Assembly: GCA_965240325.2 (NCBI GenBank)
Contig: OZ251242.1
Location: forward strand, 620,001 to 684,000
DNA length: 64,000 nt
Reading direction: 5' to 3'
Source of the DNA: Rebecca billardiae RCC1528
Taxonomy: Eukaryota; Protista; Haptophyta
Below the pieces are notes generated by a model. That model saw only the letters and a program-made list of their open reading frames with translations. It did no database searches and had not been told where the DNA came from. The translations under genes and the position numbers were made by a program. Positions 20,831-31,500 of this stretch are shown piece after piece (position 1 is the stretch's first letter; each line of letters starts with the position of its first letter).

Positions 20831-21580
20831 GTGTGACCGTCGCGGCGAGCTCGGACGAGGTACCCGGTCCCCCGGCCTGTGGAACTGTGAGTGTGGCCGC
20901 GCTCGCCGGCGGCCCCGCGGCCGCACGTGCCAACCGGCGGATGCGGGCGCACTGCCGGGCGCTCGGGCCGCGGCTGGGCCGTATACTGGCTTAGGGCGTC
21001 CGCGGGCCCGTGCGCGGTCCGCGGTGCGTCAGGCCCGCCGGCTGGCACCGGCGGCTTGTTTATACTAGACGGTTGGCAGCAGACCGTTTGACAACGAGCG
21101 CTGGCCCGGCACGGCCATCAGGCAGGCCGCGTCAGCGGCGTCAGGCGCCGCGGCCGCCGGCCGGGCAGCCCGGCGCCTTGCGCCAAGCACTACTGGCGCA
21201 TGGTGCTGCCATCATGCATGCAGTAGTACTGACCGCATCACCAGGCTGTCACCAGGCTGTCATAACCTAGGCCTCTGCCAGGCTGTTGATGATGAATTCG
21301 ATGATGACAATTATACCGTCGATGAGCGAATGCCGCCACGACTACGAAGAGTCGGACACTCGGACCGCGTCCGCGAGTGAGCCGCGACACTCCCGGCCGG
21401 CCGCCGAGTAGTGCCACTGCGGCGGGAATGGGACTGGGACAGAGAGTACAGGGGGAGACGCTGTGACCCCGCCGCCGATGCGGCACGGCTGCGTGCATGC
21501 CCCCCGCTCGGGGCGCGCAGGAAGACAAGTGCGCGGTACTGATGACGACGGCGGTGAGGACGCGCGGTCGGTGCGCGCGC

Positions 21581-22299
21581 TCACGAGCGGCCGCCGCGCC
21601 TGCGCGCCTTGCCGGTGCGCGTTACTGGCTGCGGGCGCGGCGGGGGCGGCGACTCGCCGCTCATGGCGTTCTGCATGATCGTGTACGCCTCGCTCACCTT
21701 CGCGTCGTCCTTGTAGTACTTGTACGAGGCCGCCACCTGCATCTCTGTGACCGAGTGCTTGTGCTGCACCGCCTTCAGCACGGTCGCCATGTTCGACTGG
21801 AAGTCGTCGTGCACCATGGCACGCGCGTCGTCGACGGAGTACCCCTTCTCCGTGTGCAGATGGTAGACAGCCCTCCGGGTCTGCGCGCGCGGCGCGAGGT
21901 GGGGCAGCGCGGCCCGCCGCACACGGCGTTTGCGCGCGCGCGCCATGCGAGCGCGCCCTGCGCGCGCGCGTGCGCGTGCGCACGCGCGTGTGGGGCGCAG
22001 CGGCCGCGCACCTGCTCTATCAAGCTGTAGGCAGCGGTGGCCGTGTCGTAGAGGGTGGCAATGAGCACGTCCTTCTCGATGACGTTGACCACTGCGCCGA
22101 GGCTCTCCTTTGTCGTCTCCGCCTGCTGCTGCGCATGCTGCTCAGCGGCTGCGCCAGGCGCTTCGGCCGCGGGCTGCTTCGGACGGAGCTTTTTCTGCTT
22201 CCGCCGGTGCTCGTGCACGAGGACGTACGCCGCACCGCACAGCGCGACCGTCAACGCGAGCCCCGCCGTGCGCACCCCCTCGCTCGCGAGATTCACCAT
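21581..22299 (-). CDS. Hypothetical protein with N-terminal TM helix; two exons (22299-22012, 21880-21581)
   Basis: GT-AG intron 21881-22011 joins ..YSLIEQ to TRRAVYHLHTEKG..; protein-like composition. Confidence 0.7.
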
Positions 22300-22767
22300 G
22301 CTCCGCGCAATGACGGCCCCTTCCGGCGATGGGGATGCCCGCAACACCACGCGTCACGCCCTGGGTTGCTTGGTGCATCCCGTCAGCCAATCAGCGCGCA
22401 GCGTCTGGCAGAAGCCTACCGGTACGGTACGGGAGACAAGTCAGGCAACCCCTGGCCAGCCCCCTTGCAGCGGACAGTCAAGACAGTAGATTCACAATGT
22501 ACCTAAGAATGGTGCGCAGGGCAGTCAAGCTCTGCACTAAGCCACTAACTATCATAGTAGACGTGCTGCTGCCGTGCGCAGCCTGGCGGACGAATTCGTG
22601 CTCAGCAGCAGCGGGGGTGCTGCCGCCCGCGAGCCCCCGCCGCCTGAGGCGCGGACGAGCTCGCGCAGGCGGGGGGCGGTGGGGCTGAGCGCGTCCGGCG
22701 TCCGGCGGGCGTGGGTGTGGGTGGCGCTGCGGCCGAGCACGCGCTCCCGAGTGCACCTCGGCGCGCC

Positions 22768-24574
22768 ATGAGCGACCTGGATGCGGTCTACGAGCAGCGG
22801 CTGCTCGCTTCGCCGCGCCGGCCGGTCACCGACACAAACCACCTGCACAGCGGCGCGGGCACGGGTGCGGGCTCGTCGAGCGTGGCGGCGTCGCCCGTGC
22901 GGAGCTCGCCCATGGGCAAGCGCGCGGACGTGATCTCCGACCGCTTCATCCCGAGCCGCGGCGGCACGAACCTGCAGGCGAGCTTTGCGCTGCTGCCGGA
23001 CGAGAGCGCGCGCGCGGCGCGCGCGTCGAGCGGGCGCGCGGGCGAGGCGGACGCGAGTGGGAAGGACGACCCGTCGTTGGACACGTACTCGCTGCTGCTC
23101 AAGTCCGAGCTGCTCGGCTGCGACACCGTCATCAAGGACAAGGGCGACGACAAGGCGCCCGCCAGCCCGCAGCCCAAAAACCTCTTCCGCTTCAAATCGA
23201 GCCGCTCGTCGCGCGACGAGAACGCGCCGTACAGCCGCTCGCCCGTGGGGATGGACTCGCAGCGGCTGCTCTCCAGCCCGCGCAAGCCGCCGCGCAAGAT
23301 CTCCACCGTGCCGTACAAGGTGCTCGACGCGCCGGCGCTCGCCGACGATTTTTATTTGAACCTGGTCGACTGGTCGTCGCTCAACGTGCTGGCGGTCGGG
23401 CTCGACACGTGCGTGTACCTGTGGTCGGCGTGCACGAGCAAGGTGCGCGCCGCGCGCAGATCGCGCTCGCCGCCGCCGCCGCCGCGCGCGCCCGCGCGCG
23501 CGCGCCCGCCCGTGGCGTGACGAAGCGTGCACGGCGGTGCGCGGGCGCGCGGCCGCCCTCTGCAGGTGACCAAGCTGTGCGACCTCGCGCCCGACGACAA
23601 GGTCACGTCCGTCTCGTGGACGGGGCGGGGGACGCACCTCGCGGTGGGGACGAACCAGGGCGAGGTGCAGCTGTGGGAGGCGGCGAAGTGCTCGCGGGTG
23701 CGCACGATGACCGGGCACACCGGCCGCGTCGGCACCCTCTCGTGGACGGGCCACCTGCTCTCGTCCGGATCTCGAGACCGCTCCATCATGCAGCACGACG
23801 TGCGAGCGCCCGAGCAGTACATCTCCAAGCTCGCGGGGCACAGGCAGGAGGTGTGCGGGCTCAAGTGGTCGTACGACGGGCAGCAGCTCGCGTCGGGCGG
23901 CAACGACAATAAGCTGTTCGTCTGGAGCATGCACTCCAACCAGCCGGTGCTCCGCTTCACAGACCACAGCGCCGCCGTGAAGGTGCGCGCGCCTTCGCAC
24001 CGCCCGGGGCGGCCGCGTGCGCGCGCGCGCGCGCGCGCGCTCAGGCCGATGCGGCCGCGTCGACGGCCACGGGTGCGCGCGGGCGGCGCGCGCGCTGCCC
24101 GCCCGCGGCTGACAAGCCTCCCCGATCGCTCCCGCCGCGCGCCGCTCGCGCCGCCGCCAGGCGATCGCGTGGTCACCGCACCAGAACGGCCTGCTCGCGT
24201 CGGGCGGCGGCACCGCAGACCGCTGCATCCGCTTCTGGAACACGCAAACATCGGCGGCGCTCAACTGCGTGGACACCGGCTCGCAGGTGTGCAACCTGAG
24301 CTGGTCGAAGAACATCAACGAGCTGGTGAGCACGCACGGGTACTCGCAGAACCAGATCCTGGTGTGGCGCTACCCCACCATGTCCAAGGTGGCCACGCTC
24401 ACCGGGCACACGCTGCGCGTGCTCTACCTCGCGCTCTCGCCAGACTCGCAGACGATCGTCACGGGCGCGGGCGACGAGACGCTGCGCTTCTGGAACATCT
24501 TCCCCGGGCCGAAGACGAAAGGGGACACGGCGGACTCGTCGTCCCTGCTTGACGTCTCGTCGCGCATCCGCTGA
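22768..24574 (+). CDS. FZR1: APC/C activator Cdh1/Fizzy-related; exons 22768-23442, 23566-23982, 24161-24574
   Basis: C-box [29 protein letters not shown]40 repeats ([22 protein letters not shown]) and C-terminal IR tail; canonical GT-AG introns. Confidence 0.95.
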
Positions 24575-24974
24575 TCCTCGCCGGCCGCTCGGGTCGCCCC
24601 TCCCCCGACATCCGCCGCCGCTCCAACCTGACCGCCCGGCGAACGCGTCCCGGCGGCCGCGCAAGGCCGCGCGCCGAGCCCGGAGCCACAGCTTGGCAGC
24701 GGCTCGCTCGGTGCTCCGGCTCGGCGGGTGCGGCCACGTTGTCACGAGGGCGTGGGTGGCGAGGAGGAGGCGGTGCCACCATTGTGCTGCGGCCGTTACG
24801 CCGCGCGGTGCACTTGCAGCGGCACCCGTGATTGAGATTCCGCGGCCGCCCTGGGAGTGGTCGGAGGCCCGAGTCGCCAGTCGGACCCGACCGAGTCACC
24901 GACCGGCGACCCGACCCGAGTCGTTACTATGTCAAACTACTCAAATAAGCTACCGCTCCTTGTTGAGTTATTGC

Positions 24975-27900
24975 TGTCAGGGAACGCGTCTCGAGGCTTG
25001 ACGGTCGCGAGGTCGGTCGACGGCTTCGGCTCTTGTTTTCGGTGGAGAGCACAACGTGTTCGTGGTGCTCGGCTCATGTTTCCGCGTTCATTCAGAATCA
25101 TCTGGAATACTTCGAGATGCCGCCGCCAGCCATGCTGTCCTGCTGTATTTTAGGATGAGGTTCAGGTTGATTTTGGAGGATTTTGTGCGAGCGCCGCCGC
25201 AGCGGTCGCGCCGCCACTGTGTGACTGCGAGTAAAATGTTGGATTGGAAATTGGAAATCACTGTAGATTGGCGATTCCTTTGACACCCCCCCTCAATCCA
25301 ATATGCGCTCGTCTGTGAGGACTAAGCTTGGATTATGAGTGATTTTGGGCTTGGTATTGTTTGTGCATCTGTGTGCATGAGTGAATTGGAGTCAGTAATG
25401 GTTGCCAATGCCAGGATACGGGTCATGTGCTGGGACTTCCGTGTGACGGTTTTGGGTAACCCGAGTCAGTCCTGGGCTTATTTGCACCATATGTTCACTC
25501 TTTGGCCTTGATCTTGGACCTTGTTATTGGGCTATGCCCTGCCTTGATATTTAATCATAGGCATCCGGAGCAGGAATATCCAGGAAATGGATACGCTCCT
25601 TGGGAAATTTGTTGGCTCCCTTGTTTTTGCCTTTGTTGTAATTGTTGGCCTTGGGGCGTAGCTCTGGGTGGAGCTTCCAACACTGCTGGGCAGTATGGTT
25701 CTTGAGACCACAGTGAGTGCACCGTTTGCCGGTGTCCGAGTTATTCGGCCCGCTCTCGCCATTGGCTGGAGCCTTTTGGGCCTGAGCGGCGAAGACTTCG
25801 GCGCCCTCAAAGTCACCGCGTCGCCGCGTGCCTTGCTGATAATCAGCATTTTGGCGTATCTTGGAATAATTGTCGGTCTCTCTCCCCTTGGTATTGTTCT
25901 GATGGAGTAGCTTCATTGAGCCGTGCCGTTTGTAGGCATCTTCCATCTGGGCCATTATCTGGTCAGTGTTATCCACACATTGCTCGGGCGTGAGCGCACC
26001 GAAGTGAGAGATAACTGACTCGTAGACTTGGGGATGGTCGTGCATGCTGTTATACAGCTTGAAGACCAACATCGTAGCATCGTCCAGATTCCCATATCGA
26101 GATGAGCGGACTTGCTCGACGGATTTCTTGATAATGTCCGATGCGCCAATGGGCGACACCTTTGTCGGGTATAACTTCAGGAATTCATCCCTGAGTTCGG
26201 ACATAGTTGTGATCTTGAGCTCGCGCTCAAATATCTGTAGCAGCAGCGCCAGATCCAAGTAATTCTTGGTCGGATCGCTGATGTGCAGCTTCGATTCCAG
26301 ATAGGCGAATAACTGAGGCTCGATAGAGTCCTTCAGCTGCTTGAATATCGCTGCCGCAGATCGATCGTAGACCGATCCGATCTTGTTGGCGTCAGCGTTG
26401 TCAGCCTTGTATGGATCGATTTTGGCTGCGTCTTTCACCCATTTGTCTTTGGCAATGAGTTGAAAGCCGGATAGCTTGCTATCCTTGGGCTCCATTATGT
26501 CAGGTGTGACATCTGAGGATTTGCCCTTGTAGTAGGTGCTCACTTCTGCGAGTGCATCCCGTATCGCGCTGTGTACCGCGCGCTTGGATTTCAGAGCCGA
26601 CTGTGTCAGCTTGTGTGTGGCGGGTGTATCCACTCCTGCCGAGGATTCGCGTGCCATGAACACACGTTCCTTCTTGGTTGGATTAGAGTCTGTGACTCCT
26701 CCTTCGATGACTATCCAGTCACGTTTCTTCGACTCAAGTGCATTGGTCGATGTGTCGCGCGCGCTCTGTGGCGATTCGCGCTCTACCTTCGAGCGAGGAG
26801 TGACCCTCGTCGAGGCTGTGGTGCCTTCTTTGGGCTTCTTCACGCTCGTTCTGTCCAGCGGTGATGCATGTGCATCCGCGGCAGCTTCGGCGGAATACTC
26901 TTCCTTGCAAGAGTGTGGCGTTGTGATGGCTGACGCAGCTGATGCATGCGCACGCGCGTCGCGCTCGCCAACTTGGTTTTGCTGCGGCTTTGCCGTCAAG
27001 CAGGTGTATGATGCCCCCCCTGCATCGCATGCGCTTCCTACGTTCGACGCGAGTCGATACGTGCCAGACGAGGACTCTGCCGTCTCTGCGGCGGTCATCT
27101 CGCGGCTGCTTGTGTCGCTCGTGGCGAGCAGCTCGGCTTCGGAAGCCATCGTGAGGCTGGTAATTTTGGGGTAAACGTATTTGTTTGGGTCAGGCGCATC
27201 AATAATAAATGCGGCCGCTGACTTGATGCTTGAGCTCGCTGTGACAGAGTCACGTGTCGTAGCATCTTGGAGCATAGTTTGCTCTGCCAGACCATACAGG
27301 TCGTTTGCGTCGCACTCATCGGTGCTAATGTCCTCGTTCGATCGGTCAGACTCAGACACAGTGTCATGCGCGCGAGGCTGCAGACTGACTGCGGCGGTGG
27401 CACGACCTGCGCTGTCACAGGCGGCGGCCAGATGGCCAGCACGCGGAGCAGCGTCGGCAGGCTCGAGGGCCTCGACGGTCGGAGCGGCATCAGCGGCAGC
27501 AGCGTCGAGCGCTACATCTGCCCCGGAACGCTCGGTGACCTCGTTCGATGACTCGGAGGCCGCAAGGCACTCCTTGAGCTGCGGGCTCTCAGCCGCGCGC
27601 TCTTGAACCGCGCTCGCGGGCGCAGAGTCCCGGGCGGTAGTTGTTGAGATCCCCTGCGCAACGACGTGCGTGCGGATGGAGTGGCGCGATGGCGGGGGAT
27701 GCGAGCGGCAACGCTCCTCCTCACCGCGCTGTGCGCGAACCTCCTCCTCAAGGTGATCCTTGATGTCGGCTCGAGGCCTTGCGTGCGATGCAGCATTGCG
27801 CGCATACGACACGATGCTGCCTGAGTTCAGGTCAGCGATGTTGCCAGGCCAGGAGGCGCTGGAGATGGGCTTGCGGAGAAGCGTGAGCTTCTCGCCTTGC

Positions 27901-28434
27901 CGGTTCTTCTCAGCCTGCATGCCCCTCAGGGCAGCGGCGAGGTAGTCTGGCGTGCGCTTGCGCGCAACCGCCGATGAGCCGCGCGGCATTGCCGCGCGCT
28001 CGGCCACGCCTGGCTTCAACCCAATGAGGGGAGCAACTGGGGCGGGCTGATGGCCGTTCACGTCCTTGCCGCTGTTCTCATCGTCTCCATCCTTGCCCAA
28101 GTTCTCCCAGCACCGTGCTAGCATGTCAGGGAACGCGTCTCGAGGCTTGACGGTCGCGAGGTCGGTCGACGGCTTCGGCTCTTGTTTTCGGTGGAGAGCA
28201 CAACGTGTTCGTGGTGCTCGGCTCATGTTTCCGCGTTCATTCAGAATCATCTGGAATACTTCGAGATGCCGCCGCCAGCCATGCTGTCCTGCTGTATTTT
28301 AGGATGAGGTTCAGGTTGATTTTGGAGGATTTTGTGCGAGCGCCGCCGCAGCGGTCGCGCCGCCACTGTGTGACTGCGAGTAAAATGTTGGATTGGAAAT
28401 TGGAAATCACTGTAGATTGGCGATTCCTTTGACA
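24975..28434 (-). mobile_element. Gag-only non-autonomous LTR retrotransposon B (copia-related)
   Basis: 311-bp LTRs at 24975-25285 and 28124-28434 (TGTCA..TGACA, no differences seen), TSD ATTGC, PPT GAGGGGGGG at 25286-25294; no pol motifs. Confidence 0.95.
25551..28124 (-). CDS. Gag-like protein with CCHC zinc knuckle (alternative in-frame ATG at 28250 inside the LTR)
   Basis: CTHCGLKNHTAQQCWKLHPELRP. A ~230-aa block aligns by eye to the Gag of element C (LFAYLESK, TTMSELRDEFLKLYP, LDDATMLVFKLYN). Confidence 0.88.
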   Translation of the reverse strand: MLARCWENLGKDGDDENSGKDVNGHQPAPVAPLIGLKPGVAERAAMPRGSSAVARKRTPDYLAAALRGMQAEKNRQGEKLTLLRKPISSASWPGNIADLNSGSIVSYARNAASHARPRADIKDHLEEEVRAQRGEEERCRSHPPPSRHSIRTHVVAQGISTTTARDSAPASAVQERAAESPQLKECLAASESSNEVTERSGADVALDAAAADAAPTVEALEPADAAPRAGHLAAACDSAGRATAAVSLQPRAHDTVSESDRSNEDISTDECDANDLYGLAEQTMLQDATTRDSVTASSSIKSAAAFIIDAPDPNKYVYPKITSLTMASEAELLATSDTSSREMTAAETAESSSGTYRLASNVGSACDAGGASYTCLTAKPQQNQVGERDARAHASAASAITTPHSCKEEYSAEAAADAHASPLDRTSVKKPKEGTTASTRVTPRSKVERESPQSARDTSTNALESKKRDWIVIEGGVTDSNPTKKERVFMARESSAGVDTPATHKLTQSALKSKRAVHSAIRDALAEVSTYYKGKSSDVTPDIMEPKDSKLSGFQLIAKDKWVKDAAKIDPYKADNADANKIGSVYDRSAAAIFKQLKDSIEPQLFAYLESKLHISDPTKNYLDLALLLQIFERELKITTMSELRDEFLKLYPTKVSPIGASDIIKKSVEQVRSSRYGNLDDATMLVFKLYNSMHDHPQVYESVISHFGALTPEQCVDNTDQIMAQMEDAYKRHGSMKLLHQNNTKGRETDNYSKIRQNADYQQGTRRRGDFEGAEVFAAQAQKAPANGESGPNNSDTGKRCTHCGLKNHTAQQCWKLHPELRPKANNYNKGKNKGANKFPKERIHFLDIPAPDAYD

Positions 28435-28555
28435 ATTGCCATTATTAATACAGCACACCGCGAGTCGTGTCATCACGGTCCTGATGAATGGCACTCGTTG
28501 ATGACGATGATGATATTCCGATGATGATGATGACATTGTCATCGTCATATATCAG

Positions 28556-31500
28556 TGTCAAAGTCCAAGGCAGCCATCGGCGCCATTCCCCAGCTCGAGA
28601 CTTTAATTCCAAGGCGCTGAGCAATTTCAGCCGCCAAGCTACAGACTTTCATCATGCAATTCAATCGGTTTCACCATTCAAGAGCAAGGCCAACAGCAGC
28701 CATTGTTCATGCAAGTTACTACTCCAAAGATAAGGAGCATCGGCACACACATGAGGTCTTCGGACTACACATCCAAGGGTCCAGGGATTCTTCACCACTT
28801 GGGAAGGTACCCTGAACTGGACCAGAGACTACCATGCAGTCATCAGAACTTTCTTTTCATTTCGAGGAGACGTCCCGATCATCACAGGAAGCTTTCGTGC
28901 AATGACCCGAAGGCAATCAACGGAATTCCGAGAGCATTCCGACCGAGGGAAGCAGGCACACGAAGATTCCAAAATCTTCGATGCCACTTCCATCAGCTTT
29001 CACCAGACTGAAACATCAGTTACCTGAAACCACCGCCAGCAAGGGGGACGCCCCTTCGCCCCACGAAACACAGTAAGGACCGCACGACACGCGCGAAGCG
29101 CCAATCATGAGCTCACGGGTGCAAAACGTCGTCCGATCCTACGATCAGCGCAAGCGGACCCGCATCGATCGGCTCCGCCACCACGGGAGCCCCATGCTCC
29201 TCGACATTGACTTCGGCGACAACGCCGGATCGGCACGGAACGACACCGGCCGCAAGGAAGACATCGAGTTCCCATCCTCGCGATGGTACGACCAGGGCGG
29301 GAGCCCGCGTACCTTCTACGAGGACTGTCGCAGCTCCATCGAGAACCGCGACCGCCACGACGGACACTACCCGCGTGGCGAGCAAGGCCCCAGTCGCCAA
29401 GGCAACGGCGGCGGCCGGCATCACGCACCGACCGAGTACAAGCACCACCGGCGGAGCGACGACAACCTCGTACCCTACGACGGGACGTGGTTCGCGGAGA
29501 GCACAAGGCCATCCAACTCCGCGCATGCGCACTGGCACCCGCCCCACTCGCGGGGCCACCGATACCATCCCTCGCAACACAGCGAGGCCGAGCGCGCCGC
29601 GCCGCGCACCGGCGCGCGCGCAACTGAACCCATGACGATCCCCAGCGCGCAGGAGCGATCGTCGGCGCACGACAAGTACCCAAACGGCCCGCGGCCCTCC
29701 GGCACGCTGGGCTGGGACTACAAGCAGCCCGTCGTGCTCCCTGAGCAATGGCGAGTGCCCCCGTCCTCGCAGAAGGACGACTCGCCGTCGTCGCAGTCGC
29801 TGCATCGCGACGCTACGACACAGACGGAATCCCCGGACTCGGCGTCGCCGACTGCGACTGGACACGACCAGCATGGAGGCAGCAGCGTCGCAGCGCCGGA
29901 GGCGGGCGCGATGGCGGGCGACCTCCCGACCATCAGCGTCGTGACCGACTTCAAGGAGCCGCACAGCCACTACCCCTTCGACCCGGGCCAGATCCCTGGC
30001 GAAGAGCGGTCGGAGCCGTTCGAGGAGTTCGCGCCGCAGCTTGACGACCTCGCGCGCGGCTCGACCCCGCCGCCGGACGCGTTGAGCCTCAATGATGTCC
30101 TCAGCGTGCTCAAGGATGCGGCCATCGACATCAACGGACTCGTCTACCAGGATCCGATGGACATCGGAGACGACATCTTCACCATTGGAGGTATGTGCAG
30201 CGACCCGACTGACCGGCCCCAATCCATCTTGTGCTGCAACAAGGCAGCATGGGAACACGCTGCGCGCGACAAGCATCGCATGTCCTCATACCTGTGCACT
30301 TACCCCCTCCTGGCTGTCAGCAGTTGGTATGGTGTAGGCGAGACCTTCGATTGCATCATCCCGGAGATCCCGGCGCGCAAGAACATGGGCAACGGCATCT
30401 ACTGCAGCCAGTGGAGTGAGATTGACGACGATGATCCGAAGTCGCGCCAGCCATGCGACAATCAGTCGTGCACATCGATGCATTGCACCCTCGAATGCAT
30501 CATCTGTGGGATGGGCAGAGTCTGCAGCTACCGATGCGCAGACGCCATCCAAGTTCAGCATCAGCTCGAATGTGAGCAGATTATCCAGTTTGCAGCGATG
30601 AACGACGGGATTGACATCGATGATGATGGCATTCACTTCCACCGGCAGGACGGACCCGTCGCAGCGGCTGATCGCCGCAGCCTGAGCGTCGTGAACGACG
30701 CAGGCGCCAGCCTCGATGATATTTGCCCTTGGCGGCCATCCAAACGATGCACTATCTACTCGGGAGGCTTCATCGCAGCAGCCGCAGAGCGGCAAGGTCA
30801 CAACTACACAGTTGGAGACTATGTGCGGGAGAGGGACGGGCTTCACCAAAGCAAGTTCGATCTCATGTTCCATTGTAATGACGCACTCCTACAGCCAGGT
30901 GTCGCATGCTTCCTGCACAAAGAGTTCTATGGGCTGACTTCTGAAGCGAGCGAGGGACACTCGCCGGCTGACGACGGCCCACCTGGTGGTGTCACAACCT
31001 ACCCACCTGCCACGACTGGTGACGACAACAGCGCACAGCAGAGCAGCGATGGGGACGAGTCTTCTACATCGTCGGACATGGGCAGCTATGCCACAGCAGA
31101 GGACCACATTGAGACAAGCTCGCTCGACGCGTCACCACGAACGCGCAGAAATGGAGGCGAAGCTTGCATCACCTACTTGCCCGACGCACATGCAATGATG
31201 GCTGTGCAGACAAGCCAGCCTGGCGTCGGAAGCTACAAGCTGAATTTCTTCACAATCAAATCGAAAATGGCCATCCACGGAGCGATCAAGGACGCAGTCA
31301 CCGAGGTCAAGGCTTCCTTCAAGGGAAGAGCGACCGACACTACGTCGTCCATGGTCACCCTCGTCGAGGCCAGGCTCTCCGGATACGCGCTGGCCGAGGC
31401 CGCCGTGTGGACAGCCGAAAATGCTATTCGGGAACCGTACGCAACCGCATTCGCAAACATGGACGCGGACACCACCATCATGCAGATGACGATCGTCTAC

